From positions 1 to 64,000 of the forward strand of contig NW_014569546.1 of assembly GCF_000743755.1 (NCBI RefSeq): a DNA stretch of 64,000 nucleotides, written 5' to 3'. This document shows, piece by piece, positions 1-12,786 of this stretch. The notes under the pieces were generated by a model that worked only from the letters and a program-made list of their open reading frames with translations, was not told the DNA's origin and did not search any database. The stretch is from Blastocystis sp. subtype 4. Its lineage: Eukaryota. How positions within the stretch are numbered: the first letter of the stretch is position 1; each line of letters starts with the position of its first letter. The position numbers and the translations under genes are program-made.

Positions 1-1
1 C

Positions 2-136
2 ATTGCTCGCTCGAACAATCGTGTGTATCTCACTTCCGATTCTCTGCTACTGAACATCATGAGCGATTCTGGAGCCAATGAACGTATGCGTAAGGATGCT
101 ACTGTGGAAGAGCCTGTGGAGAAGAAAGAGTGGTAA
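2..136 (+). CDS. PHB2: Prohibitin-2, C-terminal fragment (gene starts before window)
   Basis: Frame from nt 2 reads IARSNNRVYLTSDSLLLNI...KKEW*, matching the prohibitin-2 C-terminal NRVYL..DSL.LN motif. Confidence 0.75.
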   Translation: MARSNNRVYLTSDSLLLNIMSDSGANERMRKDATVEEPVEKKEW

Positions 137-216
137 TTTATCTGGGTATGGTTGTTTGTAAGATTAACTGAATCCAACTGGGCAATAACCGTGGAATAGC
201 CACTTTGTTTCACAAA

Positions 217-1815
217 ATGGTTTTAGACGCGTATCTGGGAATTGATCTTGGAACATCAAACTCGGCAGCGGCTCTCTATTTAAGCGATCAGCCAGATCAT
301 GTAATGATGGTTACCATGGAACAAGGAGGTTATCTATTACGTTCTGTTGTTGAATATTTGAATGATGGACGTGTGGTCGTTGGTCGTAGAACACTAAATA
401 CTAAAGGTGTGCTAGAAGGTAATGTGGTCATGAACATGAAGCGCTTAATTGGAAGGAAGTTCGAAGATGATACAGTAAAGACATACTTTCCAATGTGTAA
501 AGCTGAAGTCGTAAAGGGTCCTCATGGTTTTGCTTCTTTTCGTATCCCTGCATTGAATAACAGAATTCTACTTCCTGAAGAAGTCTGTTCGGAAATTATC
601 CGTGTGCTGTATACACGCGCTCTTACTGTACTTGGCGACCGTTACAAGCTTAAATGTATGGCAATCTCTGTGCCTGCATATTTCAGTCAGGATCAGCGTG
701 TGGCAACGTGTAATGCAATCAAGTTCGCAGGAATTACGCTCCCTGTACATGTAGTCAATGAACCATCTGCAGCAGCTCTTTCATTTGGTATCGAGAATGA
801 ATTTAAGGAGGGTAATGTTGTTACCTATGATCTTGGAGGAGGTACTTTTGATATCACGGTAATGAAGGTACGTAACGGGAACGAGTTTGAGGTATTGGCA
901 TCTAGTGGAATCAATACTATTGGAGGAGAGAACTTTGATGAATATGTGTTGAAGTATGTTGTAGATGAGTATCAGAAAAATATGCATGATGGACCTCTTC
1001 CTTCACCCTCAAGTACAAACTATTATCGAGCCTTTTGTAGACTAGAAGAGAGGTGTCGTGAAGTGAAAGAGGAATTATCAGCGGCAAGGAACGAAGTGGA
1101 TGTTGAAGTAGATGAGTACATTCGACAGAATGTTATGACAAAGGATCAGCGGCGACTGAACCTTCAGGAAGTATTTGAGTTAACACTGTCCTTGAATAAA
1201 CTCAATGAGCTCATCAAGGACGATATCGATAAAACATTTGATAAGATGTATGAGTGTATTAAAGAGGCAGGACTGACAAAAGACGATGTCTCGAAGGTTG
1301 TTTTGGTGGGTGGTTCATCACGTCTTGCTTTAGTGCGAAGTAAACTTGGTGCTGAGTTTGAAAACCGTATCAGTCAGACAGTAAAGGTTGATGAATGTGT
1401 GAGTAGTGGAGCTGCTCTCTATGCATATGAAATTGATGTTGGTAAAATGGGGGTGACTGATGTGACAAAATACAATATTTATACATGTCCAGGAAGTAGA
1501 CACAATAGGAACAAGTGGCAAGTGTTTATTGAAAAAGGATCAGTCTTGCCATTGTCGAAAGAGAAAATATTTAGAACATGTGAAGACCATATTGGAGTGT
1601 TCAAGGATGAGTTATATGAGGGTAACACGAAGGAAGATGCCCATCAACTGGCTGCTATGCGTGTTCATGGAATTACAGAATATGATGATGGACATGCAGT
1701 TGAATTGCGTTATAAGATTTCTATCTCACAAGGTGGTGTGCTTACCTATTCTGTAACGGAAGTTGAGAGTGGAAAGCTTTTAGTTGAAGATACGATTGTT
1801 GGTTATGGAAAGTAA
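217..1815 (+). CDS. Divergent intronless Hsp70-family protein lacking the C-terminal lid/EEVD
   Basis: GIDLGTSNS, VPAYF, NEPSAAA, DLGGGTFD, GGENFD and VGGSSR motifs; ATG at 217. Confidence 0.9.
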   Translation: MVLDAYLGIDLGTSNSAAALYLSDQPDHVMMVTMEQGGYLLRSVVEYLNDGRVVVGRRTLNTKGVLEGNVVMNMKRLIGRKFEDDTVKTYFPMCKAEVVKGPHGFASFRIPALNNRILLPEEVCSEIIRVLYTRALTVLGDRYKLKCMAISVPAYFSQDQRVATCNAIKFAGITLPVHVVNEPSAAALSFGIENEFKEGNVVTYDLGGGTFDITVMKVRNGNEFEVLASSGINTIGGENFDEYVLKYVVDEYQKNMHDGPLPSPSSTNYYRAFCRLEERCREVKEELSAARNEVDVEVDEYIRQNVMTKDQRRLNLQEVFELTLSLNKLNELIKDDIDKTFDKMYECIKEAGLTKDDVSKVVLVGGSSRLALVRSKLGAEFENRISQTVKVDECVSSGAALYAYEIDVGKMGVTDVTKYNIYTCPGSRHNRNKWQVFIEKGSVLPLSKEKIFRTCEDHIGVFKDELYEGNTKEDAHQLAAMRVHGITEYDDGHAVELRYKISISQGGVLTYSVTEVESGKLLVEDTIVGYGK

Positions 1816-1837
1816 AGAGTTTGTTAACAAACACCTA

Positions 1838-4800
1838 AATCTTCACCTAAACGTTCTTTTGCCTTTGCTAAACATTCCTTGTGTAGATTCACTTGCTCTC
1901 GTAATGCCTCTGCTTCCTCCCTCTTTCCTTCACTATCCAATACCTGTTCCAATTGATTAATCTCCTCGTACAGCGGTTGACAGTCCATGATCAGACTTAT
2001 CATCTTGTTGAGGGCCTCCTCCTCTTGAGCACTTCCTGCACGAATTCTTTGCTTCTTTTTCTTCTCTGGTGCTGGAGCAGGTGTTTCATTCGTTCCAAAT
2101 CGCATCATCTTGATAGATCGTTTGGCATGAATACTGGTATTATCTGCACGTCGACTTAGTGCCGCAATGTCGGCTGGTGTGACAGCCAGCAGGGATTGTG
2201 TTCCTTGATCCGAAGCTTCTTGTAAGAATGAGGTCATTCCCGTAATAGCCGTGATTCCAGAGGTATTTGAAGCCATCGACCATACAGAAGAGGCATCATT
2301 CCCATCCTCAAGCTGTTCAGACTCTTGTTTCTTCGATTTACGCAATGTCAACAATCGATCCACCACTCGTTGCAATTTTCCTTCCTTTTCTGCCATCTCC
2401 TTTTGATAGGTTTCAGCTTGGGCCAGAGCATGAGGAACAATCACTGTCTCAACAAGATCCTCTCTGTCTTGCTTGCGTGCTACCTGAATAGCCTCATTGT
2501 AAGCTTGAACAGCACAGTAGCACACAGTAGCTTCTTCTACATCTTCCAAATACTCGACATACAATTGTGCTGCCTGCAATTGTTGTTCACGTACTCCATT
2601 TCGAAGAGATTCTGCGAGAGAGCGAATATCTCGGAGTTGCTGTCGTTTCTCTTTTCCTTGAGACTGTAACTACATTAATACTGGTCCTGCTGTACCTACT
2701 TCATTCAAATACTCTGCCACAAATCCTCCTTGCAGACAACACTGCATGATACTCTCTACTGGACGTGGAGAACACCGTGTCAGTAACTCAAGGGATCGAG
2801 CGTAGACTCGCTTCTCCAACAAATACTCTCCTGCTACTTGACACATCGTATTGCTATATGAGGTTGACTCAAAACATTGTAAGAACTCCTCCAGCAGTTC
2901 TCGTTCATGCAAAAGCGTCACTGCCTCCGACCACAAAGAAGCTTCATCACCAATCTCCTCGATCTCACTGTCTCCCAACCTCCACTGATGGCCTTCCAGC
3001 TGTAACGCCTTGGGATCTGTGAGAATCGACGCAATATCTCGCAGCAAACGGTCCCATCGTTTCAGCTCTCTGTCCACAAGATAACAGCGAATACTACACT
3101 TCAGATCCACGTTCACTCATACCCTGGTGGAACCTGTCGTAGATGTTCAATAAAAGGTCGATATTCCCGTGGGTCTCGTTGTGATAGAGTTGCTACCATC
3201 AATGTAAGATTCATATCATAGGTGCTGAGTGCAGCAGTGTAGACAATAGAAGGATCCACCAGAATGAGAAGCCATCGCATGGCTGCGAAACCATTCACAG
3301 TTTCTTCTTCCTCCTCCTCTTCTTCCTCAGCAGCATTCTGTTGGAGTTCACAAACAGCATCGTCAATAGATCGTTTCTCTGCTGCGAGTTGACTCTGAAT
3401 CACACGTAATGCTTGTTCGTATCCTACAAATCAGACCCAGCAGGAATTCAGCACGTGGAGGAGAATACGTACAGAGACAGGTAATCACAGACAATAGAAG
3501 AGATGGTGAATCCTTCAAAAAGGGATAGAAAGCATCACAAATCGAATTACGTTTGCTATTAGGATTTCGAGGAGCCTGATGAATGAATGCATTGTGATAA
3601 TCGTGACTGTCCGCGGTATAATCATCACTAGTATCATCAAGCACTCCATATCGTACTCGCTTAAATTACTCAGAAGGAGATTTATACGATCTCCATCAAT
3701 CACTTGAATCAGTTCTTTGGCATGCTGACAGAAATAATCAGGATCGAGATCATAAAGGAGGTCCAGCGCTATGAATGAAAGTTCTCAAGATTCCTCACGA
3801 ATGCGTTGTCGTCGCATCAACTCTACAGCGACATTCCATCGACTTGGCTCTGTAGAACCAAAAATACAGTGTTCCAGCATGCGACAGGATAGCAGACGAG
3901 GATAGAAGGTCTCCAGATTCCCTCGTGGCAATTGAATTGTCACTCGTCCATCCTGTCCACTTCCAATATACAAAGATCCTCGTTCCAATGCTCGAGAAGC
4001 GAGAGGAAGAGACGGGATCCCTGTTGGACTTTGCGTGTGTTCAAAAAAGGAAGTGACTTGAGTCAAAGGAAGGAGACAAAGTCGAGGTACAACATCATTG
4101 ATGATATAAAGCAGCAGATCAGCTAGAATCGCCACAGATGTCACATTACTTGCTAATAACACATTATCAAGATAAAGTTTATCCTGTTGTGTATGAGCAA
4201 GAAGATGGAAGTCAGGAATCGAGAGAGGGAAGAGAGAGAATGAGGGTACTTCTAGTTGGAGAACGGGTTCCTGCTTTCCCTCATTTCCAACGCGTATCAC
4301 CTGACCATCTTTCAGCTCTACAAGATACGACTGAGGACTGAGAGGAACTGCAGTCAATACATCGCACGTTTGTTCCTTCCACATTCTGGAAGCGACATCA
4401 AGGATGGATATTCCGTGATTATGAATTGCCAATATACAGGAAGGAGAGAGAATAACGAGAGATGTGTAATGATGTGACTGGAGAGGAAGTGAATAAGTAT
4501 TTGTAACTGTGAAGGATTGGAGATAATTGTAGATTTGACGAGATGAAGGATGATTTGAATCGGGCAAAGTGGTTGCTGTGAGAACTAGAATAGATGTGTT
4601 TGTCAGGACAAAAAAGGTCGAGGAAAAGGAGCAGGAAGACAACCATGCCACATAAATAATTCCATCATTGTTAAGAGAAGACTTAAGATCAATAGTATGA
4701 GTGTACATTGGTGGAGGTGATAGATTGTACTAATTATCAGATTCCTCCGTGATATTTACATAACACGACGATAGATGAATGTAACTCCCATCAATAACAG

Positions 4801-5947
4801 CAATAGAATTACTAATATCCTTACTATTCGTAACCTGCCATACAAGATGCATGAAGGTTAATTCACCATTCTACGAATCATTCATCTCCATCATACTCAC
4901 TTCAAACAATAAAGTCAACATATGACCATCAACAGGATCCCAATAGAGAGATCGAATCGGCTCTGGATACACTCGATGGATCTTGCAATACCAATGATAG
5001 TTTCCTCGCATCCACAGCTGGAGTTCACTTCCATGTTCTGTCATACCACTTACGGCTAGTATGTCACCAATGCTATTGTATCCGAGAGAGACATTCGTGA
5101 GTGAAGACATGGGAAGCAGGAACTCTCCATGTCGCAAACCATTCTTTTCAAAGAAGGAGACTTGAAATCCACGACGCTCCTTCTGAACACTAGCAATCAG
5201 AGAATGGTCGGGATTCCAAGATACGTCAGAGAACAGACCCAGACATGGAGAGTTATTGATATTACGACTACTTTTAATGGAACAGATTATTGGTTACGAG
5301 ACAGATACCAACTCTAACTCCTTGGTATATACACGAATCACTTGGGAAGTGTGACTTGGATAGTTGATACAGAAGTTTTCTCCATCACTTCTCCAACTAA
5401 TCTTCACAGAAGAAGGTGACACTGTCTCATCCAGTCCTTCAACACTTCCTTCATTCAAAACCTCAAATGAGTTGTTCAGAAGTATGAGTGAGCCGATAGT
5501 AGTTAGAATGACTAACATTTCCTGGTCATTACTCCAGGCACAAGCAAGAATTCCACCTTCGATGTCTCCCATTGGCTCCACAATGGATTCGGAGTTGATA
5601 GCTATTTCTAAGGAAAATAAGAACACACCAACTCATTAACAATCCTTGTTGAGTTACACACAACAACTGCTCTATTTCAGCCATATATGATATGAATATG
5701 AACGATTGCTCCTCTTCTACAAGGGTCGATAGTTGGAGACCAACATCACATTCAAAAACAACCTACACTAAGACTAAGAGGAATATATACATACCTGATG
5801 TGTGTCATTATTCACTCCAATAACAAATCCAGATTTGAATAGAACATAACTCTCGTTGGAGAAGGGATTGCTTGTAAGTGCAATTGCATCTTTTCTCGTG
5901 GTAAGATCGGATACATGGATCTCTCGGGAAATGAATAGATTTCTCAT
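1838..5947 (-). CDS. ELP1: Elongator complex protein 1 (IKI3), multi-exon
   Basis: Starts MRNLF; ISWRSDG, RHGEF, NYHWYCK, LPRGNLETFYPR, SQRDPREYRPF motifs. End set at the inferred poly(A)-completed stop (1838); genomic TAA is at 1824-1826. Confidence 0.93.
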
Positions 5948-6051
5948 CTTCGTTATCTCCCTTCTAGATATGGAGATTTGCTAAGAAAAGAGATAGACCA
6001 AAATCGCCCATTTTTCGGTTTTCATCTGGCTATCGTTCTGGACTACAGTAG

Positions 6052-8272
6052 ATGATGGAGAATATTACAGAAAAGCCATCCAATTGGATAATGGAAAGGT
6101 ACCATCAATCATTAATTCCTTGAACAGGACTGTTACTCTTCATAGTGTAGGTACTTTGATGGTAAATAAGGAAAGTAATACATAGAATCTGTATTTGGTT
6201 TAGGTAACATTGGAATCATGTTAGTTGAGAACATCAATCTGTATGCCAAGGAGATGACACGCTTCAAGTTCTTCAAAAGCATGTTAGCTCCTTTGAAGCA
6301 AGTGGGACATTGCTATCGCAAGTAACTTTCTAGATGGGAAAGATCGAATCTATGATTGCTTACGGTCTTGGAAGTGTAAATGATAATCTTATTTCGCAGT
6401 ACCAGTTTGCTTGTGCTCTTGCTCTCCGTAATGAATTGAATATTAATGCTTCGTTGGAGATTTATGATCCTGCAATGGGAAGGGAAGACGCCGCTATTGC
6501 TTCCGAACTTGGTTGCGAAGTGATTCCTCACAATGAAGAAGCAAAGCGAGTTGTGTTGCGTAAAACCCTCTTCTTTATGCCTCACTGTGGTTTTAACTTG
6601 TATAATGGATTGATGTGGTCAAACTGGGGAGAACACATGAAGAATCTGGTTGTTGTTGGTAACTCATTTTCCCAATATGCTCAGTTGATGACTGCTGAGC
6701 AAAATAAGGATCCTACTAATGCAATTTACCCACTTCTTCCATATATCTCGGAAGCACCAATTTCTATGGATATGTGTAGTGATGGTGTGACACCCATTCC
6801 CGATGTATTCAATTCGTTCCATGATATGTCCGTTCATTGGTTTGACACTACTGGATATGAGCGTGCAGAGAAGGAGAATTTGTGGCAGCATCGTCCTAAG
6901 GAAGTGGTGATGGGAGAGATCGTGGATACTGGACACAATGAAGAGGTTGACAAGTACATTGAAGAGTTGAAGGATAATGAGGATCATGAGAAGGAATTGA
7001 AGGAAATTCATGAGGAAATAGTAAGAGAAGCAACAAGTGAAGAGGAATCTGATAGTAGTAAGCCTAATGAAAGTGCTTCAGAAAGTGAAAGTGATAGTGA
7101 TGATGATGATGATGATATGTTTGAGCACATGTATGATGGATGGGGAGCACAAGTAGCGAGTGTACTGAAGCCAGGTATGGATTTATCCCTTCACACTATC
7201 TGTAGATCGATTCACTCCTGAATGGTCACTGGATGGTTCTACTGTTAACATTTACACGCTGGGAGAGAAGGATCCTCGACAGCGTATCTATGTGTACAAT
7301 GATGAGGGTGTCTCCCCTTCAAGCAAACAGATGTGTGTTCATACTTTTCGATGCTTTTCAGATCCAGCCAAGTATATTGTGGATACAATTGAGGCTGAGG
7401 ATATCGTAAGTAAGGACTGGGAAGATAACACGGTCATGCTTGTATTCCCAGGAGGAGCGGATAGTTATTATCGAGTTGGTCTCTTTCTCAAGTCTCATAT
7501 GTAGCGAAAACTCTCTTCTGCTCTTGGTAATGGAGGTAACAAGCGTATTCGAGCCTTCATTGAGAATGGAGGTAACTATTTGGGCATCTGTGCTGGAGGT
7601 TACTATGGTACTAGCAAGGTTGAGTTTGATCTTCATGGTCCATTGGAAGTAAACGAAGAGCGAGAGCTGAAACTGTTCAAAGGAAGAGCAATTGGTCCTG
7701 CACTGAAAGGGTTTTCGTATACTTCAGAGTCGGGTCAATATGCTGTTCCATTTGTGTTCAATGAAATGACACTTGTACGATTTAGAAGGCAAATTGAAGT
7801 GTAGGAGGGAGAGGTCCAACGAAAGGGAATCTCTTATTATAAGGGAGGACCCTATTTTGTATTGATTGAGGGTTATCTTGATTTCTAGGTCCCGGATCCT
7901 GACTCAAAGGTGGGGAAAGATTATACTCCAGTGATATTCTATGCCAAACATCCCCGACTCTCTTGTCCTCCTGGATCTCTTGCTGGAGTGTGTTCTAATA
8001 TTCGAAAAGGAAAAGCAATTCTTCTTGCTGCTCATGTGGAGTAGGTTTGGTTTATTTAGCGATAGATAGGTTTGATCCATGGTTGATGAAACCTACAACG
8101 AATGTAGATGATATCACTACGCAACTTCGTGATCCTGTATTGAAGTGAGTGGTAATAGAGTGGTATTATGTGTAGCCAAGGTCGTTGCCGCTTGATATAT
8201 AATATTCTAAAAACTCTAAATATTGATATGCTTCCTATGAAGTTTATGGAACCAGAAGAACAGTATTTTTAA
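6052..8272 (+). CDS. SRR1-domain plus biotin-protein-ligase N-terminal (BPL_N) domain fusion protein, multi-exon
   Basis: SRR1 motifs YGLGS, YDP, TLFFMPHC, LYN..WSNW, GNSF; in-frame intron 7175-7205 joins to IYVYNDEG, VFPGGAD, GGNYLGICAGGYYG (BPL_N). Confidence 0.75.
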
Positions 8273-8355
8273 TCATGTACTTGTTTCTTTATTATACTCA
8301 ATTCCCGCGGTTTTCATTATTTCTGTCTTACACATCGTCAACCGTCACTACAGTA

Positions 8356-10527
8356 ATGAATTCAAATGATGAGCAGGAACCCAATTCAAATGGAGATGAT
8401 GTTGTTATCGCTCGTTTGGTCCTTGCTCATCTTGATGAGATTGGTTTTAAAGATCGTGAAGTGACTGTGAATAAGCAGCGTCAAGTGAAATATTCGGTAC
8501 GATTTAAATGATGACCTCTTATGCAGATAAATTACAAGAAGATCTATTCTCTTTACTCAAAGAATCGGGGGGTGACGAATGCTTGTGATTATCCAACTTT
8601 TTTATACCGTATTAGTCGAATGTCGAATGAGTTACGAGTATGATCCTACTGTTATCTCATAATATAGCATATGCAAAAACCAGATTTTCCTACATATGAG
8701 AGAAAGCTGTCTCCGATGGTATACCCAGTCTTGGAGGAGATCTTGTTACGTGAGCCTGTTTTAGGTGAAATATCGGTATATATGGCTTTAAAATTTGATG
8801 GATAGCCTGAAATGGATACGAACGATTCGACAACGAAGAGGACACCAAGAATGACTCCTGTTGTTGCAAAGAATAATTCTCAAAACCCGAAGCAAGAGAT
8901 TCTTCCAACCAAGCATGTTCGTCCTAAGAAACGTAGCACCCGAAATCCTAGTGGAATGTCTCCACCTCGAGACTTGTCATCGAAATCAAAATGGAAGGAA
9001 GTTGTGCTCAGTGGTCCTGCAGACGTGGTCGTGGATGGCAATGATGTGGACAAGCGTGTAGCAAAGAAGCAACCAGAAGAGAATGTGGAAATAGCTGAAC
9101 ACACACTGGATATGCTAGAGATGAGTCTTTCTGGGTCGCTAACCTCCGAATTAGGTGAATTCAATGACATTCCTGAACTCCGTCAGATGGCTGAAGAGAA
9201 TCGGCGGGAACGAATGCGAGATGGTTATTCTCTGGAACGTCAGCTCGATGAAGCCATCCGTAGAGCTGAGGAACGAGAACGTCAGGAATTGAAGATCAAG
9301 GAGAAAGAAGCCCAATTGGCATTTGAAGAGGTAGTTCGACGTTATGGTGCTTCTCCCGCGAATTCAAATCAACCGAAGACTAGTGGACCTGTAGCCATAT
9401 CATTGGACACAGTACCCACCATTCCTCTCAGCCGTCCTTCAACAGAGAAGGAAGATGTGACAGGACAAAAACTCTCTCATTCGGATTCCAAACGATCGTC
9501 TCGTACATCATCCAGTCAGTCTTCTCGTAGATCCTCTCAACTCCAATCGCCCCAAGTCCAGTTTTCGCAACAACCTTCTCCTGAAAAGGATCTTCCTGAA
9601 GAAACCAAACAGGAAGAACTTCAATCATCAATCACTCTTCCAGACTCTCATCTCAACCTACTTCAAGCCTCCGAAGTTCAACCAACAGCACCATCAGAGC
9701 TTCCATTACCTCAGTCATCACAAGTTTCAGAACTACCAATTCCTCAGTCTGCGCAAGCCTCTGAACTTCAACTGCCTCAAACATCCGAAGTATCGGAGCC
9801 GCAGCCATCTCAGCCATTACAGCCTCAAACATCGGATCCACAACCTTCTCAACCGCTACAGCCTCAGCTATCAGATCCACAGTCCCCGGAACCTGTCAGC
9901 CCACCAAAGTCGTCTCTAAACCCATCTGTTGAAGGAGGACCCCCCGTAACAACAGAATCCACAGAGCCCTACTTACTCTTTGATCTCGTTGATTCAGATG
10001 AAATCGACTCGTTGATGGAGCCCCTCTCCATTTCGTCAAATCTCCCCATATCCGGTCCGGTTACACCGTTAATGGCCACTCCTCTCAATGGACTTGCCTC
10101 CCAGTTGCTTGGGAACCCCTCATCAGCAACACGCAGAGCTGCATCAGCACTCTTTTCGCATCCTCTCCCTCCTGAGATGGGTGCTACACATGATCTGTCA
10201 GTGGATCTGCCTCTGTCAGAAGAGGATGGTGGATGCAACACTGAGCCTCCATTGAAGAAAGTGAAATCGAATCCTGTTCACAGCCTATCAGATATCATCA
10301 TGGTGAATTGTAATGTGGAAATCAAAGCCATTCACAACTGTGGAAGTGATATGATAGGAAGAATGAGTGATAATTCAGTAGTAGATCGTTTGCAACGTTG
10401 TCGGAAGAGGATTGAAAGTGGAAAATTCACTTCTGAACAGATTACTGAAATAGAAAAGAAAGTGGATCTAATTTTAAGTTTGTTGATGCAAGATAATAAC
10501 CCTGCGAGTGGATCAGCCAAACTCTAG
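8356..10527 (+). CDS. Hypothetical protein with coiled-coil and S/P/Q-rich low-complexity region
   Basis: 571-aa open exon 8812-10527 plus short upstream exons from ATG 8356. Confidence 0.6.
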
Positions 10528-10594
10528 TTGGTGCTTTTTCTCTTTTTATTCCATTCTTATTTGGATCTATTGTTAGTTCAAACAAACAGTTCCA

Positions 10595-11923
10595 TTAGCG
10601 ATATTCAATCTAGTTCATAATCCTACCAACACAAATACCAATTCCCATGAGAAATCCTGGAAACAAAGTCGTAATACCTGAATACGTCGAGGATTGGGTT
10701 TTAGACTCACAACGACATTCACCTCCTTCTTCTCATTGTCACTCCATGTACAGTTACTAGCTGGTGTGATACTCCATCTCCACTCTTACGCACTTCTCCA
10801 TGAATGAATGCATTCATCACGGAACTTAATTCATTTTGAACACCTTCATAAGCGATCAGACGCAGTATATTCACTGTCAGTGCTGAGCGAGGGAACTATT
10901 GATCATCATCCCTCTCCATCATCACTTCCTTTTCTCGAGCCTTCAAACCACTACGAACTTGAATATTTTCACACACTCGTTTCCAGCGGTTCGCACAGCG
11001 GTTTGCCGACTGTGGGTCCAGTCCTAATGCCACATATGCAACATCAGAAGCCATCTTGAGTGGTGTCAAATCTTAGCTCAACTCCAACCTTCATTCATAC
11101 CTGAAGCTATAGGCTCTGTCTTCACACGTTTCGGTGCCTCTTGAGGAGATTGTGGCATAATCTTTTCCCGCTTCACATGAACAACAACTTTGGGTTTGTC
11201 ACTTCCCGTGAACACAGTCACCTTCTTGATCTTCTTAATGTCACTCTTTTCGGGACCTGTTGGCTCTCGATTTCGTTTTCGAATGGTTCCAATCTTCCCT
11301 TTCACTATCCATCAAAACACAGAGGTAACCACACCTTTGGGAGGTTCTGCTGTACGTAGTGATACTGGTATCGGAGTTGGCATCGAACGAGCTTTGATAC
11401 GCTGTTCCCATTCTCCAAATACTTGAGGAGAACTCTGAAGCGATGTTGGTAAAGGTAATTGAAACAGTGAATCTAGGAGTAATTATATTTAAAATACTTC
11501 AAACTCGATGAAAATGAAGAGAGGAGTTGTTGTGTACCCTCAACAATAATACTTGATGATTTTGCTCCATTCTCCGGTTTAGATGAAAACAAAATAGATG
11601 AGATTTTCGACACCCACTATAGCTAAATAAATATCAATTCTCTCACTTCATCCTCATCCTGTGAACACAACTCAACAAACTGTTTAATCATTTCACCGTG
11701 TTTTAAATTATAATCATGACCAACAATAGAAAATTGAAGAAGAAGGTGTACCTACAAATTACCAGTCGAGTGAACTTGAATTACTTTTGTTTGGGTATCC
11801 ATATATGCATATTTCCTAATAAAATCTTCATCTTGTTGTTGGCCAAGGACAATCGGATTCATCGTCAACTTCCATGTATCACGAGTTCCATCAGATACAA
11901 TCTTAAGAAAGCGATCATCCATG
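10595..11923 (-). CDS. Hypothetical multi-exon protein
   Basis: Open exons linked by ~30-nt GT-AG introns ending ...WELIEYR*; TGTTTGTT motif at 10581-10588 (minus); start uncertain. Confidence 0.45.
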
Positions 11924-11983
11924 ATAACAAGGAGTTCAATGTGGAAGACACTAAAATACACTTGTTTTTTGTCACTAAAACAA

Positions 11984-12712
11984 ATGCAACAAGAGACGAT
12001 TGCTCGGTTATTAGAGTCTTTCGATGCAATTACGGAGTCGTTCGTATCACAATCCACGTTGACTCCCGAAAGGAAGCATGTTGGACTTGGAAACAAACCT
12101 GATTTCTAGACATTACTCCTTATGATTGAATCTCTCCGATCCCAATTCGGAGACAGAATGAACAAAGTACAGCTCCAACGGGACATAGGTGGTAATTCTT
12201 AAGTTTACTTGTGAACAGTAGATACTACAGATCGCATGAATTTGCTTCAGCGAGATATTCTTGCCTTAGAAGAGGAGATAGCGAATCTTGCAACAGATGT
12301 TACAAACTATCGGCAATGTGTATGTTACAAGATATCATAGTTATGGATATAGGCACAATCTGAATTGGACAAATGCACCGGAAATGTGGACATTCAATCT
12401 TGTGTAGAGCATGTAAGTGACAAGTATGGAGTTCTAGAGGGATTGGACATAGTCGGAGTCATTCTTCATTTCGTAAAGGTCTCCAAACTGGAATTGCCCA
12501 TGATGTTGAGGAGGTAGAGGGATTAGCTTTGTTAAAATCTAGATCACACAGTGTCTAGAATCAGGGCTTCTTCAGAATACTGGAAATGAGATACGACGGA
12601 CAAAGCGGTCTATTTTGGTGATTGATGTATGGTAAGAATGTAGAATGATATAAAGAACGATCGGCGATGTGAGTTATCTACACAGGATAGAATTTTAGCT
12701 AGTATTCCATAG
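11984..12712 (+). CDS. Hypothetical coiled-coil protein, multi-exon
   Basis: MQQETIARLL... stays open across six ~30-nt introns; 3' end uncertain. Confidence 0.5.
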
Positions 12713-12786
12713 AACAATGATCCCTTCTTTGGAGTGTGTCTCTTCTCTTTTGCGTTCTTGACATAACTGTTTATTACAAACACAAG

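Noticed and set aside
9653..9900. Tandem repeats in the P/Q/S-rich exon (and Q-rich repeats near 37800-37920)
   Set aside because: Degenerate coding repeats with no constant repeat-spacer pattern; not CRISPR-like
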